A program made the position numbers and the translations under genes. The notes under the pieces were generated by a model, which worked only from the letters and a program-made list of their open reading frames with translations, was not told the origin of the DNA and made no database searches. A stretch of 64,000 bases of DNA, from positions 710,245 to 774,244 of the forward strand of contig CAZAZU010000001.1 in NCBI GenBank assembly GCA_964490105.1, read 5' to 3'. Below, piece after piece: positions 11,440 through 22,009 of this stretch. Positions within the stretch are counted from its first letter, which is position 1. Every line of letters begins with the position of its first letter. The DNA comes from an uncultured Gammaproteobacteria bacterium (GTDB lineage: Bacteria; Patescibacteriota; Microgenomatia; Levybacterales; UBA12049).

Positions 11440-11715
11440 ATGCCAGTAACAAAACAAGCCAGAAAAAAACTTAGACAGGACTTAAAAAGAGAAATAAAGA
11501 ATAGAGATTTAAAGTCAAAATTCAAAAAAACTCTTAAAGATACGAGAACAAGTCCTACAGCAAAAAAGCTTTCAGAAGCCTCAAAGGTGATCGATAAAGC
11601 TGCAAAGAAAAATGTAATCCATAAAAACAAAGCGGCTAGACTTAAATCCAGACTTGCTAAACTATCAGGCTCAAAAGGAACCAGCACGCAGGCTCCAGCT
11701 AAAAAGAAAAAATAA
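11440..11715 (+). CDS. rpsT: 30S ribosomal protein S20
   Basis: Basic 91-aa protein containing IHKNKAARLKSRLAKL, as in bS20. Confidence 0.85.
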   Translation: MPVTKQARKKLRQDLKREIKNRDLKSKFKKTLKDTRTSPTAKKLSEASKVIDKAAKKNVIHKNKAARLKSRLAKLSGSKGTSTQAPAKKKK

Positions 11716-11774
11716 CCTTAGTTAACCTCATTTTACTTTACAAAATCCTAAAAAACCCATAGACTAAAATTGGC

Positions 11775-12314
11775 ATGCAATCTTCTGCCTCTATCAATCT
11801 AATCAAGAGTAAATCTAATCTTATTGATGAAATTTTAAGATGGGCTTTAAGCGTCGGGAGGCTTTTAATTATTCTTACAGAAATTGTGGCTTTCTCCACA
11901 TTTATCTATAGATTCACACTTGATAGAACCCTAATCGATTTACACGATAAAATAAAACAAGAACAAGCAATTGTCGCAAGTCTTAAGGACAGAGAGGCAA
12001 GTTATAGAAATTTACAAGGTAGGCTTAACGATGCCGCTAGCATTACGACAAACGGAAACAAAAATGTAAAAATTTTAAATGATCTTATTACTGCAACTCC
12101 ATCTGAAATTACATATAATTCTTTTGAAATTGGAGAAGGCGTCGTCTCCATCGATTCAAATATTCAATCTATTTCTTCATTAACAAACTTCCTTGCAATA
12201 ATTAGAGACTATCCCGAGACCAGCTCTGTAACAATAGATAGAATTGACAACCAATCTCTAACTAATTCAGTGAATGTCCTGATAACAATTAAACTAAAAG
12301 GAGCACCCATCTAA
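11775..12314 (+). CDS. PilN-like type IV pilus assembly protein
   Basis: N-terminal INLI(K) motif (compare PilN INLLP), a single TM, then a coiled-coil and a periplasmic domain of about 100 aa. Confidence 0.5.
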   Translation: MQSSASINLIKSKSNLIDEILRWALSVGRLLIILTEIVAFSTFIYRFTLDRTLIDLHDKIKQEQAIVASLKDREASYRNLQGRLNDAASITTNGNKNVKILNDLITATPSEITYNSFEIGEGVVSIDSNIQSISSLTNFLAIIRDYPETSSVTIDRIDNQSLTNSVNVLITIKLKGAPI

Positions 12315-12916
12315 TGAAAAAAGTATTTAAAGGTATAAAATATGAAAAATATTACAAAGATATTCTTCCGTATTTAAAAAAACAGAAGAATCAGGAATAT
12401 TTTGCAATTATACTAACTCTTGGAGCTACTATATTTTTCGCTCTTTTTGCGATAAATCCTACTATCTCTACAATAGTTAAGCTTAGAAAAGAAATAGAAG
12501 ACAGCAAATTCGTAGAGTCTGCGCTTACCAAAAAAATTAATAATTTGTCTAGTCTTTCCACTGAATATTCTGTGATTCAATCGGATATTCCAGTCGTCCT
12601 TGATGCTATTCCGGAACAACCACAAGCCCCTACGCTTGTTGGACAAATTCAAACAATTGCGCAAGGCTCTAATGTTGTAATTGAAAAGCTGGATGTATCA
12701 GAAGTCGGACTAAATGAAGCAGGCGCATCTACCAGTTCTAAATTTAGCTTTGAATTAACAGGAACATCAAATTATGAAAGTCTTGACAGCTTCATTTCAG
12801 AACTTATTACTATGCAAAGAATAGTTTCTCTGGAAAAAATTTCTTTAACCAAGAATTCAGATTCTGAAACTTTGCAATTAGACATAAAAGGCTCAGCATA
12901 TTACAAGAAAGAATGA
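12314..12916 (+). CDS. PilO-like membrane protein
   Basis: Short cytoplasmic N-terminus, single TM (FAIILTLGATIFFALFAI), coiled-coil and periplasmic domain; coupled to the PilN-like gene. Confidence 0.45.
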   Translation: MKKVFKGIKYEKYYKDILPYLKKQKNQEYFAIILTLGATIFFALFAINPTISTIVKLRKEIEDSKFVESALTKKINNLSSLSTEYSVIQSDIPVVLDAIPEQPQAPTLVGQIQTIAQGSNVVIEKLDVSEVGLNEAGASTSSKFSFELTGTSNYESLDSFISELITMQRIVSLEKISLTKNSDSETLQLDIKGSAYYKKE

Positions 12917-13230
12917 AACAAAAAGATTTACTCATCCTGCTAATTCCGATGTTTTTAATAACTGTTCTCTGGGTGATATTTAATATTTATCATAATCACA
13001 TTAGCTCAACTATCACTGATCCATTAACAGTGCAAATTATTCCCATTGATGGAAAATTTAACAGAGCTTCACTCGAAAGCATAAAAGACCGAAAAAGAGT
13101 AGAACCTTTATTCATCGCGCCTGTAATTGAAGTTGATGATGCGCCGCCTACGATTTCACCTACCCCCATAGCGCAAATAACTGGAACAGCAAGTCCATCT
13201 GCTGCGCCAACAAACCAGCAAGATCTTTAA
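12913..13230 (+). CDS. Small single-TM protein with Pro/Thr/Ser-rich C-terminal tail
   Basis: 4-nt overlap with the upstream gene; TM at residues 6-25; tail APPTISPTPIAQITGTASPSAAPT. Confidence 0.4.
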   Translation: MKQKDLLILLIPMFLITVLWVIFNIYHNHISSTITDPLTVQIIPIDGKFNRASLESIKDRKRVEPLFIAPVIEVDDAPPTISPTPIAQITGTASPSAAPTNQQDL

Positions 13231-13235
13231 TTTTT

Positions 13236-14330
13236 ATGAAGAATTTATGGACTAAAAAAATTCCAACACTAATAGGACTTCTGCTAATTAGCGTAGGAAC
13301 CATATTAACGACATTTTTAGTAAGGGGCGACACAATTTTTCAAATTAGAGCAGGCCCAGGCGAAGATCCAAAGAACATAAAAATAACTAATGTGTCCGAT
13401 AGCGCCTTTACTGTTACCTATCTAACTGACGACAAAGTAATAGGTACCGTTAACCATGGAATTGATCCAAATAATTTAGACGGAATTTCGCTTGATGACA
13501 GAGATCAACTATCTCAGCAAATAAATAAATATAATTCTCACTCAATTACTGTAAGAAACTTAGACCCTAATACTAAATACTATTATAGTATTAACTCCGG
13601 ATCCAAAAAATATCAGGATACAGGATTTAAATTTGAAGTAACAACGCATGGAGAAATTTCAGAAAACCCCTCTTCCCAGATTCCGGTGAGCGGAAGGGTA
13701 GTTCTCCCGGATGGAACGGGCCCGAACGATGGCATAGTGTATGTAAAAATTAAAGATGCTGAAACAATCTCATCTCTTTTAAAAGAACGCGGATCGTATA
13801 CAGTTCCCCTTAATGCTTTAAGAAAATTAGACTTAGATGAATATTTAGAAATTAACGAGAATACAATTATCAATATTGATATTTTTTCTGGAGGATTATA
13901 TTCTTCAGTAAGTGTCACACCGAACGAAATTAATCCAGTTCCTCTAGTTACGCTTTCCGGAAATTATGATTTCTCAAAAACAAACGAAAATAATAAAGAA
14001 AACAATAATCAAGAGAGTTCATTTCCAAAGTTTGGTCAGTTAAACCAACAGGGAGGGGTAAATAGAATGATTTCACAAACACCAACACCTAGCCCAACTC
14101 CAACCCCAAACCCTTCGCCGACTACTGTAAGAATAAGTCCTAGCGCTAGCCCTACTCCAACCATTTTTACCCCGACTCCTACCCCGTCAACAATAACACA
14201 GATAAGCCCTTTACCAACCCTCCCCCCAACTGGAAATCCTTCTGTTATAATTGCTAGTATTGTCGGATTTGTAGCCACAATTTCTGGAATAATTGCATTA
14301 TTTTTCACCAGGATAAAGGACACAATATGA
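13236..14330 (+). CDS. LPXTG-type sortase-substrate surface protein with FN3-like domain and long Thr/Pro-rich linker
   Basis: N-terminal signal/TM. NIKITNVSDSAFTVTYL...KYYY resembles FN3. The linker is TPTPSPTPTPNPSPTT...TPTPTPST. C-terminus is LPPTGN + hydrophobic segment + RIKDTI. Confidence 0.6.
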   Translation: MKNLWTKKIPTLIGLLLISVGTILTTFLVRGDTIFQIRAGPGEDPKNIKITNVSDSAFTVTYLTDDKVIGTVNHGIDPNNLDGISLDDRDQLSQQINKYNSHSITVRNLDPNTKYYYSINSGSKKYQDTGFKFEVTTHGEISENPSSQIPVSGRVVLPDGTGPNDGIVYVKIKDAETISSLLKERGSYTVPLNALRKLDLDEYLEINENTIINIDIFSGGLYSSVSVTPNEINPVPLVTLSGNYDFSKTNENNKENNNQESSFPKFGQLNQQGGVNRMISQTPTPSPTPTPNPSPTTVRISPSASPTPTIFTPTPTPSTITQISPLPTLPPTGNPSVIIASIVGFVATISGIIALFFTRIKDTI

Positions 14331-15595
14331 AAATTGGAATTATTGGAGCTGGTTTTACCGGATTATCAGCAGCATACTATTTACAAAAAGATGGACACGA
14401 GGTTACAGTTTTTGAAAAAGACGAAATTCCTGGTGGACTCGCTCTTGGATTTAAAGAAAATGTTTGGGACTGGACCCTTGAAAAGCACTATCATCACTGG
14501 TTCACGAACGATAAAAGTGTTTTGGATTTAGCAAAGGAGATAAACCATGATGTTCTAATTAAAAGACCAATCACCTCTGTTTATTTGAATGACGGAAAAA
14601 TTTATCAGCTCGATTCGCCAATTGCAGTTCTGAAATTTGCAAAATTATCTATCCTTGAAAGATTACGAATGGCTGCAGTCTTAGGTTTATTTTTTAAATA
14701 TAATCCTATCTGGAAACCTCTTGAAAAAATAAATGCCGAGCCTTTTCTCAAATCATCGATGGGGAAAAAAACTTATGAATTAATTTGGGAACCTCAGCTT
14801 TTAAGTAAATTTGGAAAATATAAAAATGATGTTTCTCTTGCTTGGTTTTGGGCAAGAGTTCACAAGAGAACAACAAAGCTCGCATACCCCAACGGAGGTT
14901 TTTTAGATTTTGCTAACCATCTAGTTAAGGAGGTCGAGAAAAAAGGCGGGAAAGTACTATTTAAATCAGGGGTAGAAAAAATTGAAAGCAATAAAAAAGT
15001 AATCATAAAAGCTGATGGTAAAAAATTTGAATTCGATAAAGTCATTGTCACCCTCCCGTCCTTCTACTTCTCAAAGATTGCAGATCTTCCAGAAAGTTAC
15101 TTAAAAAAAATGTCGAACTTAAAAGGCCTAGGAGCGATCAACCTTGTTCTAAGACTGAAAGAGCCTTTCTTTAAAGATTCAACGTATTGGCTAAGCGTAT
15201 GCGATAAGGAAGCTCCAATCTTGGCAATTGTAGAACATACGAATTTTATGGATAAGAAAAACTATAACAATGAAAATTTACTTTATTTAGGAAATTATCT
15301 GCCTTCTGATCATCCATATTTCTCAATGGATAAAAAAGATATATTAAAAAAATATGATCCGTTTTTAAAAAAATTAAATCCTGATTATGGTAAGAGCATT
15401 ATCGATTTCGAGGCATTTAAGGCTCCTTTCGCTCAACCAATAATTCCTGTCAATTATTCAAAGATGATTCCACCAACTGAGACACCCCTAAAAAATGTGT
15501 ATTTAGCAAATATTCAGCAGGTCTATCCATGGGACCGAGGAACTAATTATGCAGTTGAACTGGGAAAAAAAGTAGCAGAACAAATAAGTAAATAA
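14327..15595 (+). CDS. FAD/NAD(P)-binding oxidoreductase (amine-oxidase/UGM-like Rossmann family)
   Basis: MKIGIIGAGFTGLSAAYYL...VFEKDEIPGG dinucleotide-binding motif; 4-nt ATGA overlap with the upstream gene. Confidence 0.65.
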   Translation: MKIGIIGAGFTGLSAAYYLQKDGHEVTVFEKDEIPGGLALGFKENVWDWTLEKHYHHWFTNDKSVLDLAKEINHDVLIKRPITSVYLNDGKIYQLDSPIAVLKFAKLSILERLRMAAVLGLFFKYNPIWKPLEKINAEPFLKSSMGKKTYELIWEPQLLSKFGKYKNDVSLAWFWARVHKRTTKLAYPNGGFLDFANHLVKEVEKKGGKVLFKSGVEKIESNKKVIIKADGKKFEFDKVIVTLPSFYFSKIADLPESYLKKMSNLKGLGAINLVLRLKEPFFKDSTYWLSVCDKEAPILAIVEHTNFMDKKNYNNENLLYLGNYLPSDHPYFSMDKKDILKKYDPFLKKLNPDYGKSIIDFEAFKAPFAQPIIPVNYSKMIPPTETPLKNVYLANIQQVYPWDRGTNYAVELGKKVAEQISK

Positions 15596-17232
15596 TGAGA
15601 TTCAAAAATCTTATTAATAAATATGCCTCAGAAATTATAGTGCTCTTTATTGGATCCTCCTTCGGTTTTATTTTATTTTTTTCTACTTTTTTTAAAGATG
15701 GAGATAAAATTTATATTGCATCAAAAGCATGGAGCGACTTCGCAAGTCACATACCCCTAATTAGGTCTTTTTCTTTAGGTTTTAATTTTCCCCCACAGTT
15801 CCCATTATTTCCAGGGGAACCAATTAAATATCATTTTATTTTTTATTACCTTGTGGGAATCTTAGAGAAAATTGGATTAAACATCGTACTTGCTCTAAAC
15901 ATCCCATCATTCTTAGGTTTTGTTTTTCTAATATTTATGATTTATTTTTTCGCTAAAGAACTATTCAAATCAAAATCTGTAGGAATTTTAAGCGTAATAT
16001 TTTTTCTATTTAATTCATCTCTTACTTATATTTATTTTTTTAAGAAATATCCGCCTTCAATTGATTCAATAAGTCAAATAATTAAGAACGCCGATTTCCT
16101 TTCTTTTGCTCCTTACGGAGATGGGATTATTTCTGCCTTCTGGAATCTTAATATCTACACAAATCAAAGACACTTAGCAGTTTCCTTTGGACTATCTCTT
16201 TTAATAATTTATTTGTCTATAAAGCCACTCATCAAAAATGAAAATCCAAAAATCCGGACATACGTAATACTGGGAAGCATTTTAGGATTAAGCTTTTATT
16301 TACATACCGCTGTATTTTTAATGACAATAATTATTATGGGAGCACTTTTAATCCAGCTTAAAGGATTAAGAAAAAATATTTTCGTCCTAATGTTAGCCGC
16401 TGCAGCAATTTCCCTGCCTCAGTACTTCTACTTGACCTCATCTCCTGGATTTTCTCCACATCTTCAAGCAGGATATTTGATTTCAGGAGATCTAAACCCT
16501 AAAAATATTATAGAGTTTTGGGTCTATAATTTAGGAATTTGCTTATTTCTTATTCCCCTAGGATTTATATTTGCAAATAAATTTCAAAGAAATATTCTTT
16601 TTTCATTTTTTATGCTATTTATTGTTGGGAACACAATTCAGTTTTCTCCGGAAATTGCAGCAAACCATAAATTCTTTAATTTCTTTTTAATCTTAGGAAA
16701 TATGTTTTCTGCTTTTATAATTATTAAGATATTTAAAAAGAAAGTTATTTCCGCTTTGGCAATTATATTAGTTATTTTTATGACATTGGGAGGAATCATA
16801 GATTTATTCCCGATTGTTAATGATAGAAAGTATGAATTGAATGATCATAAAACAAATGCTGATGCGAAATGGATTCTAGAAAACACTGAAAAAGATTCCA
16901 TTTTTCTAAATACAATATTTCTCTATAACCCAGCTTCGATTGCAGGAAGAAAGATATTTTTAGGTTGGCCATATTTTGCCTGGTCCCAAGGATATGACAC
17001 CTATAAAAGAGGTGACGTTATTAAATCCATACTAAGCTCTACTAATAAATCTGAAGCATGTAGTCTGCTTTTAGAAAGTAGTATTGATTATGTTGAGATA
17101 AAAATTCAAGACCCTCCTGATCCAAATGTACCCACCATTTCGAGTCTTTATGAAGAAGAATTTACCAAATCTTATGAAAATATAAATAATAATTATTCAA
17201 TTTATAGTGTTCACAAAAACTGCGGATTGTAA
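15595..17232 (+). CDS. Polytopic membrane protein, putative GT-C-fold glycosyltransferase
   Basis: About 12 predicted TM segments; N-terminal architecture (TM, loop with DGDK, further TMs) resembles ArnT/PMT-like enzymes. Family not assigned. Confidence 0.5.
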   Translation: MRFKNLINKYASEIIVLFIGSSFGFILFFSTFFKDGDKIYIASKAWSDFASHIPLIRSFSLGFNFPPQFPLFPGEPIKYHFIFYYLVGILEKIGLNIVLALNIPSFLGFVFLIFMIYFFAKELFKSKSVGILSVIFFLFNSSLTYIYFFKKYPPSIDSISQIIKNADFLSFAPYGDGIISAFWNLNIYTNQRHLAVSFGLSLLIIYLSIKPLIKNENPKIRTYVILGSILGLSFYLHTAVFLMTIIIMGALLIQLKGLRKNIFVLMLAAAAISLPQYFYLTSSPGFSPHLQAGYLISGDLNPKNIIEFWVYNLGICLFLIPLGFIFANKFQRNILFSFFMLFIVGNTIQFSPEIAANHKFFNFFLILGNMFSAFIIIKIFKKKVISALAIILVIFMTLGGIIDLFPIVNDRKYELNDHKTNADAKWILENTEKDSIFLNTIFLYNPASIAGRKIFLGWPYFAWSQGYDTYKRGDVIKSILSSTNKSEACSLLLESSIDYVEIKIQDPPDPNVPTISSLYEEEFTKSYENINNNYSIYSVHKNCGL

Positions 17233-18495
17233 ATGACGGAAGTAAAAAAATTTTTAATTCATATTCTTGGAAGCAAATTATTAATCTTGGGATTCTTAAT
17301 ATACTTTCTGTTTAATCTATCTGCATTAAAAACAAACTGGCTAGATTACTTCTTCTTCGGAAGCTCTCTTCACTACTGCTGCCAAGGAATTGATTTCTAT
17401 GGAATACCAAATGGCGTTTATTCATTTATCAACGGGGGCGAACTAAGCGGAGGAGGCTTACCCGAAAACATTAAGCCTTTTTCAAGAAATATTACGAGCA
17501 ATCCAAATGATTATCATCCTATCACTGCTTTTGTCATGGGCAGTCTAATTATTGTTTTTAATTATCAGAATGTTTTCTATTATTGGATGGTTGCTAAAAT
17601 ATTAATCACGATTTTTATTGCGTACTATATATACAAAAACTTCCCTGATAATAAATTTCTAAATCTTTCAATTTTTGTTTTTTTAACAAATTTTGCTCAA
17701 TATAGTGAAATTCGAATTTCTCAATATCAATTTCTATTTAATACTTTCCTTTTACTATTTTCGATTAGCTTAGTAAAGAAAAAGGAAGAACTCGAAAGGG
17801 GGATTTTATTTTTTCTTACATTGATTGCAAAACCAATTAGCCTCCTTTTCTTACCTGTTTTATTTATTAAAAATAATTACAAACCAGCATTAATCGGAGG
17901 AAGTATTTTTATCGCTTCAACTCTTACTTTTAACATATTGGGAATTGGAAATTACTTTACGGACAACCTAATTTATCATCTTTTAAATCCTAAGGAGGGA
18001 AAATCCATTGACTACATGTCTCTAGAGGCATTTTTAAGATACACTTTTAATCTATCTCCGGAATTTATTAAATACCTTAAGTATCTTGTGCTCGTATCAA
18101 TATATTTAATTACATTGAACAAAAGAACTCATATTCTAACTATTATTTTCTTTTTAATCTCATATTTCCTATTCTTTTATGATCATCTTTTCCAATATCA
18201 CTTTAGCGTTTTGGGTCCACTCCTAGCAATTTGCCTCCTAACACTTCCAAACTTTCAAACAAAATTTGCAAAATTACTCATTTTCGCAATCTGTCTACCG
18301 ACGGTTTTCTTTATCCTGAGAGTATTTAATTTTGAATTTATTATGGATCCTGTCTATGGTCCAAATCCTACCACGAAAGGCTGGCAAATAACATCATTCT
18401 TTCAATTGTTGCCGTTAACAATTTTATTCGTAATAATATTTATAAAAGAGATCCCCATGATAAAACCTGAAAAATTAAAATTTATAAAAAAATGA
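17233..18495 (+). CDS. Polytopic membrane protein (putative glycosyltransferase or flippase-like)
   Basis: Hydrophobic throughout with 10 or more TM segments; directly coupled to flanking genes. Confidence 0.45.
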   Translation: MTEVKKFLIHILGSKLLILGFLIYFLFNLSALKTNWLDYFFFGSSLHYCCQGIDFYGIPNGVYSFINGGELSGGGLPENIKPFSRNITSNPNDYHPITAFVMGSLIIVFNYQNVFYYWMVAKILITIFIAYYIYKNFPDNKFLNLSIFVFLTNFAQYSEIRISQYQFLFNTFLLLFSISLVKKKEELERGILFFLTLIAKPISLLFLPVLFIKNNYKPALIGGSIFIASTLTFNILGIGNYFTDNLIYHLLNPKEGKSIDYMSLEAFLRYTFNLSPEFIKYLKYLVLVSIYLITLNKRTHILTIIFFLISYFLFFYDHLFQYHFSVLGPLLAICLLTLPNFQTKFAKLLIFAICLPTVFFILRVFNFEFIMDPVYGPNPTTKGWQITSFFQLLPLTILFVIIFIKEIPMIKPEKLKFIKK

Positions 18496-19880
18496 AAAAA
18501 CTAAAAGAACAAATCAGAGAACATGTTTTTGTTTTAATTTCAATTGTCTTTTTTCTTATATTAACTATTCCCTTCATAAACACACTTCCATATATGGATG
18601 GTAATATCGACTTTGTTCAGACTCTAGATTTTTATCAGGGAGGCATGAGTCAATATTTCTCAAATTGGAACACGGTACATCCTCCATTAAAACTATTACT
18701 TACGACGCCTCTTTATTTAATTTTTGGAGTATCACCAATAAGCTATTCTGCGCTTGGAATTATTTTTGGAATTATTGGGATTACTTCTATATATTTTTTA
18801 ACTAAGGAACTTTTTGGAAAATTTTCAGGGAATTTAGCAGCTTTGTTTTTTTCGATTTATCCATTATTTATCGCAAATTCAATATTTTCGATGCGAGACG
18901 CAATAGTGACTTCTTTAATTATCTGTTCACTTCTATTTTATAAAAGAAAAAATTTAATTCTCTATGGCTTAATATCTTCACTTGCAGTCCTTACAAAAGA
19001 AACAGCTCTACTTCTACCCTTAATTATTATTTTTATTGAGGTTATCTTTTTCTTTAAATCCAGAAAACTAAACATTAAATCATCTATAAATTATTTACTT
19101 CTATTTATACCTTTAGGCGTTTACTACATTTGGAAACTTATACTAAGCTCATACGGTAAAGATTCCTGGAGCGAATGGATATTTACAGAAACAGGAGAAA
19201 AAGGTGCAATCTTTACTATCATAAATAACTTAACTACCCTTGGATTCATAAATGCTTATTCGCAGTGGCATTGGAAGCAAGTTATATTTCTTAACTTTAA
19301 CTGGCTATATATTTTAATTATTATTTCCGCGGTTATTTTATATATATTTAATTTCAAAAAAATAAAATTTCATAAAAATATAGAAAACCTTAAAGTATTA
19401 CTAGCAATTATTTTATTTGTCACATCATATTTTCTAACTGTTCTTTCTCTTCAAACCTATACAATCCCTAGGTATGCGCTGCCTGTTATTCCGTTTTTAA
19501 TTATTGGGCTTTCAAAAAGTATTACTGCTCTAAAAAATGACATTGCGGTAAAATCTGCAGGAATCTTATTATATTTAATTATTTTAATTTCTCTTTTTAG
19601 CTCAGTTGATCCAGTTGCTAAAAAAATATGGGGGAACATAAATATTTTTGATAATAATATTTATGCTTTAAATGATCATATGGCAGGAAACGATGGCATA
19701 ACATATAATATTCAATATCTTTTTATTGCAAAAGAAAGATCAGAAATGATAAAAAAAGCAAAAGACATTGAACTAGTAAGCGGATACTGCAGATGGATAT
19801 TACCAGATCCTAATAACGAAGTGAAAATGCTAAAAGAACTTAATCTTAATCCTGCTCTGTATTGTATTCAAATTAGATAA
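18492..19880 (+). CDS. Glycosyltransferase family 39/83 (ArnT / protein O-mannosyltransferase-like, PMT_2)
   Basis: HPPLKLLLTTPLY, SMRDAIV, KETALLLP and SYFLTVLSLQTYTIPRYALP are typical of ArnT/PMT GT-C enzymes. Confidence 0.65.
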   Translation: MKKLKEQIREHVFVLISIVFFLILTIPFINTLPYMDGNIDFVQTLDFYQGGMSQYFSNWNTVHPPLKLLLTTPLYLIFGVSPISYSALGIIFGIIGITSIYFLTKELFGKFSGNLAALFFSIYPLFIANSIFSMRDAIVTSLIICSLLFYKRKNLILYGLISSLAVLTKETALLLPLIIIFIEVIFFFKSRKLNIKSSINYLLLFIPLGVYYIWKLILSSYGKDSWSEWIFTETGEKGAIFTIINNLTTLGFINAYSQWHWKQVIFLNFNWLYILIIISAVILYIFNFKKIKFHKNIENLKVLLAIILFVTSYFLTVLSLQTYTIPRYALPVIPFLIIGLSKSITALKNDIAVKSAGILLYLIILISLFSSVDPVAKKIWGNINIFDNNIYALNDHMAGNDGITYNIQYLFIAKERSEMIKKAKDIELVSGYCRWILPDPNNEVKMLKELNLNPALYCIQIR

Positions 19881-22009
19881 TGCCAATACTGGATCTCTTA
19901 TATATATTCAAATGGTGGGCAGTTTTTTTCTTTATAGGAATATCTTTTCTGCCGCTATCCTCAAAAATATTTGGCTCTTTCATAGATAAAGGCTACATTT
20001 TTTCTAAAGTTCTAGGACTGGTATTAGTTTCATACATCATTTATGTATTAGGAACATTTCATTTACTAAAGTTCACTACACAAAACATATTTATCGTCTG
20101 GATTCTAATCGCAACTACGTCCATATTCTTTTTAAGAAAAGAAAATTTTAATTTAAAGAAAAATTTAAAGATATTTCTATTTGAAGAAATAATATTTCTA
20201 ACTACACTCATAGCCTGGTCCTTTGTTAGGGCTCATCAGCCTGACATTCATGATTTAGAAAAATTCATGGATTATGGTTTTATTAATTCTATTCTAAGAT
20301 CTGAATATTTCCCCCCTCGCGATATGTGGCTTACGCCTCTATCAATAAACTACTACTATTTCGGTCATCTTTTTACAGCTGTTGCGACAAAAGCATCAGG
20401 TATCCCTTCTTTTATAACATTCAACTTAATGATTGCTACGATTTTTGCATTTACATTCACTCTTTCATTTTCAATCGGAATTAATTTGATTCAGCAAATC
20501 AAAAAAATTTCACTTAAGAAAACTTTTATTCTAGGTTTTATTTTTGCTTACGTTGTTTCGTTGTCAGGAAATTTGCAAACTATTTTTTCGCTTTTTAAAA
20601 ATTATAACGGAGAGACGCCGGTTCCATTCTGGGAACTACCCTTATCTATTTTTACATTTCCCAACGGATACTGGTATCCAAATGCCACCAGATTTATTTA
20701 CCACACTATTCATGAATTCCCTTCATATTCATTTGTCGTAGCAGACCTGCACGGACACGTCCTCGATATTCCGATTGTAATTACCCTAATTGCATTTGCA
20801 CTTTTAATGTTTTTAGAAAACAAAATTAGAATTTCGCTAGTTATATTAACATCATTTTTTATTTCCATTGCCTACATGACCAACGCATGGGACGGACTTA
20901 TATACATAGGGTTATTCATAAATATTCTATTCGTTTTAGAATTTATAAATAATAAAAATAAAAAAATTACTAATAGATTTATAAATTCCTTTTTGAAATC
21001 TTTAAGATTCATACCAATAATTGGCGCTTTATTTTTTATTTTCACCTTTGTATTCAGCCAGAACTTCGCGCCATTTGCTTCTGAAATAGGAATTAACTGT
21101 TCACCAAAGCTTTTGTTGGAAATGAAAAGCTTCGGACCGTTCGTTTTCGAAGAAGGTCAGTGTCAACGCTCACCACTTTGGCAACTTGGAATACTATACG
21201 GATTTTTTATATTTATGCTGACGGGATTTTTTATATTCATAAAAAATAGAAAAATAATTCCTACTGATATTTTTGTAGGAGTAATATCTCTATTCTCAAT
21301 TCTTTTATTAATTGCTCCTGAGATAATTTACTTAAAAGATATTTATACTGGACATTTCAGAGCAAATACAATGTTTAAATTGGCATATCAAGCCTTCATA
21401 ATGCTCTCTTTTTCAAGCATTTACATATTTTTTAGAATTCTCTCATCATTCAAGACTGAATTTAAATCTAAATTCTCAAAAGTATCAGTTATAATATTTT
21501 CAATTATTGGTTTTACCCTGCTATTTATTGTTTCCATCTATCCCTACTTTTCAGTTCCTTCGGGTTACGGAGATTTAAAAACATATAAAGGCCTGAATGG
21601 AACAAATTATCTTAAAACCCTAAAACCCGGAGACCATGATGCCATAATCTGGATAAATCAAAACATAAAAGGCCAACCGGTAATCCTGGAGGCTCAAGGA
21701 GATTCATATACTGACTTTGCAAGAATCTCAGCAAACACAGGTCTTCCTACAGTGCTTGGATGGACGGTTCATGAATGGCTTTGGCGAGGAACATATGACG
21801 TACCATCTGCTAGATTTTCTGACATTCAAAATCTCTATGAATCAAAAGATCAGAACTTAACTAAAAGTATAATAAAAAAATATGATATTTCATATGTCTA
21901 TATCGGAGGCATGGAAAGAGAAAAATATAAAATATCTGAAGAAAAATTTTCTGAATTAGGATTCCTAATTTACGCTAAAGGAACATCTAGGATATATAAG
22001 ATCCGTTAA
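19880..22009 (+). CDS. YYY-motif membrane protein (DUF2298 / Chlor_Arch_YYY family), putative oligosaccharyl/glycosyl transferase
   Basis: PPRDMWLTPLSINYYYFGH motif; 709 aa with many TM segments and a C-terminal soluble domain. Confidence 0.6.
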   Translation: MPILDLLYIFKWWAVFFFIGISFLPLSSKIFGSFIDKGYIFSKVLGLVLVSYIIYVLGTFHLLKFTTQNIFIVWILIATTSIFFLRKENFNLKKNLKIFLFEEIIFLTTLIAWSFVRAHQPDIHDLEKFMDYGFINSILRSEYFPPRDMWLTPLSINYYYFGHLFTAVATKASGIPSFITFNLMIATIFAFTFTLSFSIGINLIQQIKKISLKKTFILGFIFAYVVSLSGNLQTIFSLFKNYNGETPVPFWELPLSIFTFPNGYWYPNATRFIYHTIHEFPSYSFVVADLHGHVLDIPIVITLIAFALLMFLENKIRISLVILTSFFISIAYMTNAWDGLIYIGLFINILFVLEFINNKNKKITNRFINSFLKSLRFIPIIGALFFIFTFVFSQNFAPFASEIGINCSPKLLLEMKSFGPFVFEEGQCQRSPLWQLGILYGFFIFMLTGFFIFIKNRKIIPTDIFVGVISLFSILLLIAPEIIYLKDIYTGHFRANTMFKLAYQAFIMLSFSSIYIFFRILSSFKTEFKSKFSKVSVIIFSIIGFTLLFIVSIYPYFSVPSGYGDLKTYKGLNGTNYLKTLKPGDHDAIIWINQNIKGQPVILEAQGDSYTDFARISANTGLPTVLGWTVHEWLWRGTYDVPSARFSDIQNLYESKDQNLTKSIIKKYDISYVYIGGMEREKYKISEEKFSELGFLIYAKGTSRIYKIR

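Noticed and set aside
11427-11687. 86-aa minus-strand ORF
   Set aside because: Antisense to rpsT, which has a clear bS20 signature.
14036-14323. 95-aa Gly/Val-rich minus-strand ORF
   Set aside because: Antisense to the Pro/Thr linker of the LPXTG protein; low complexity.
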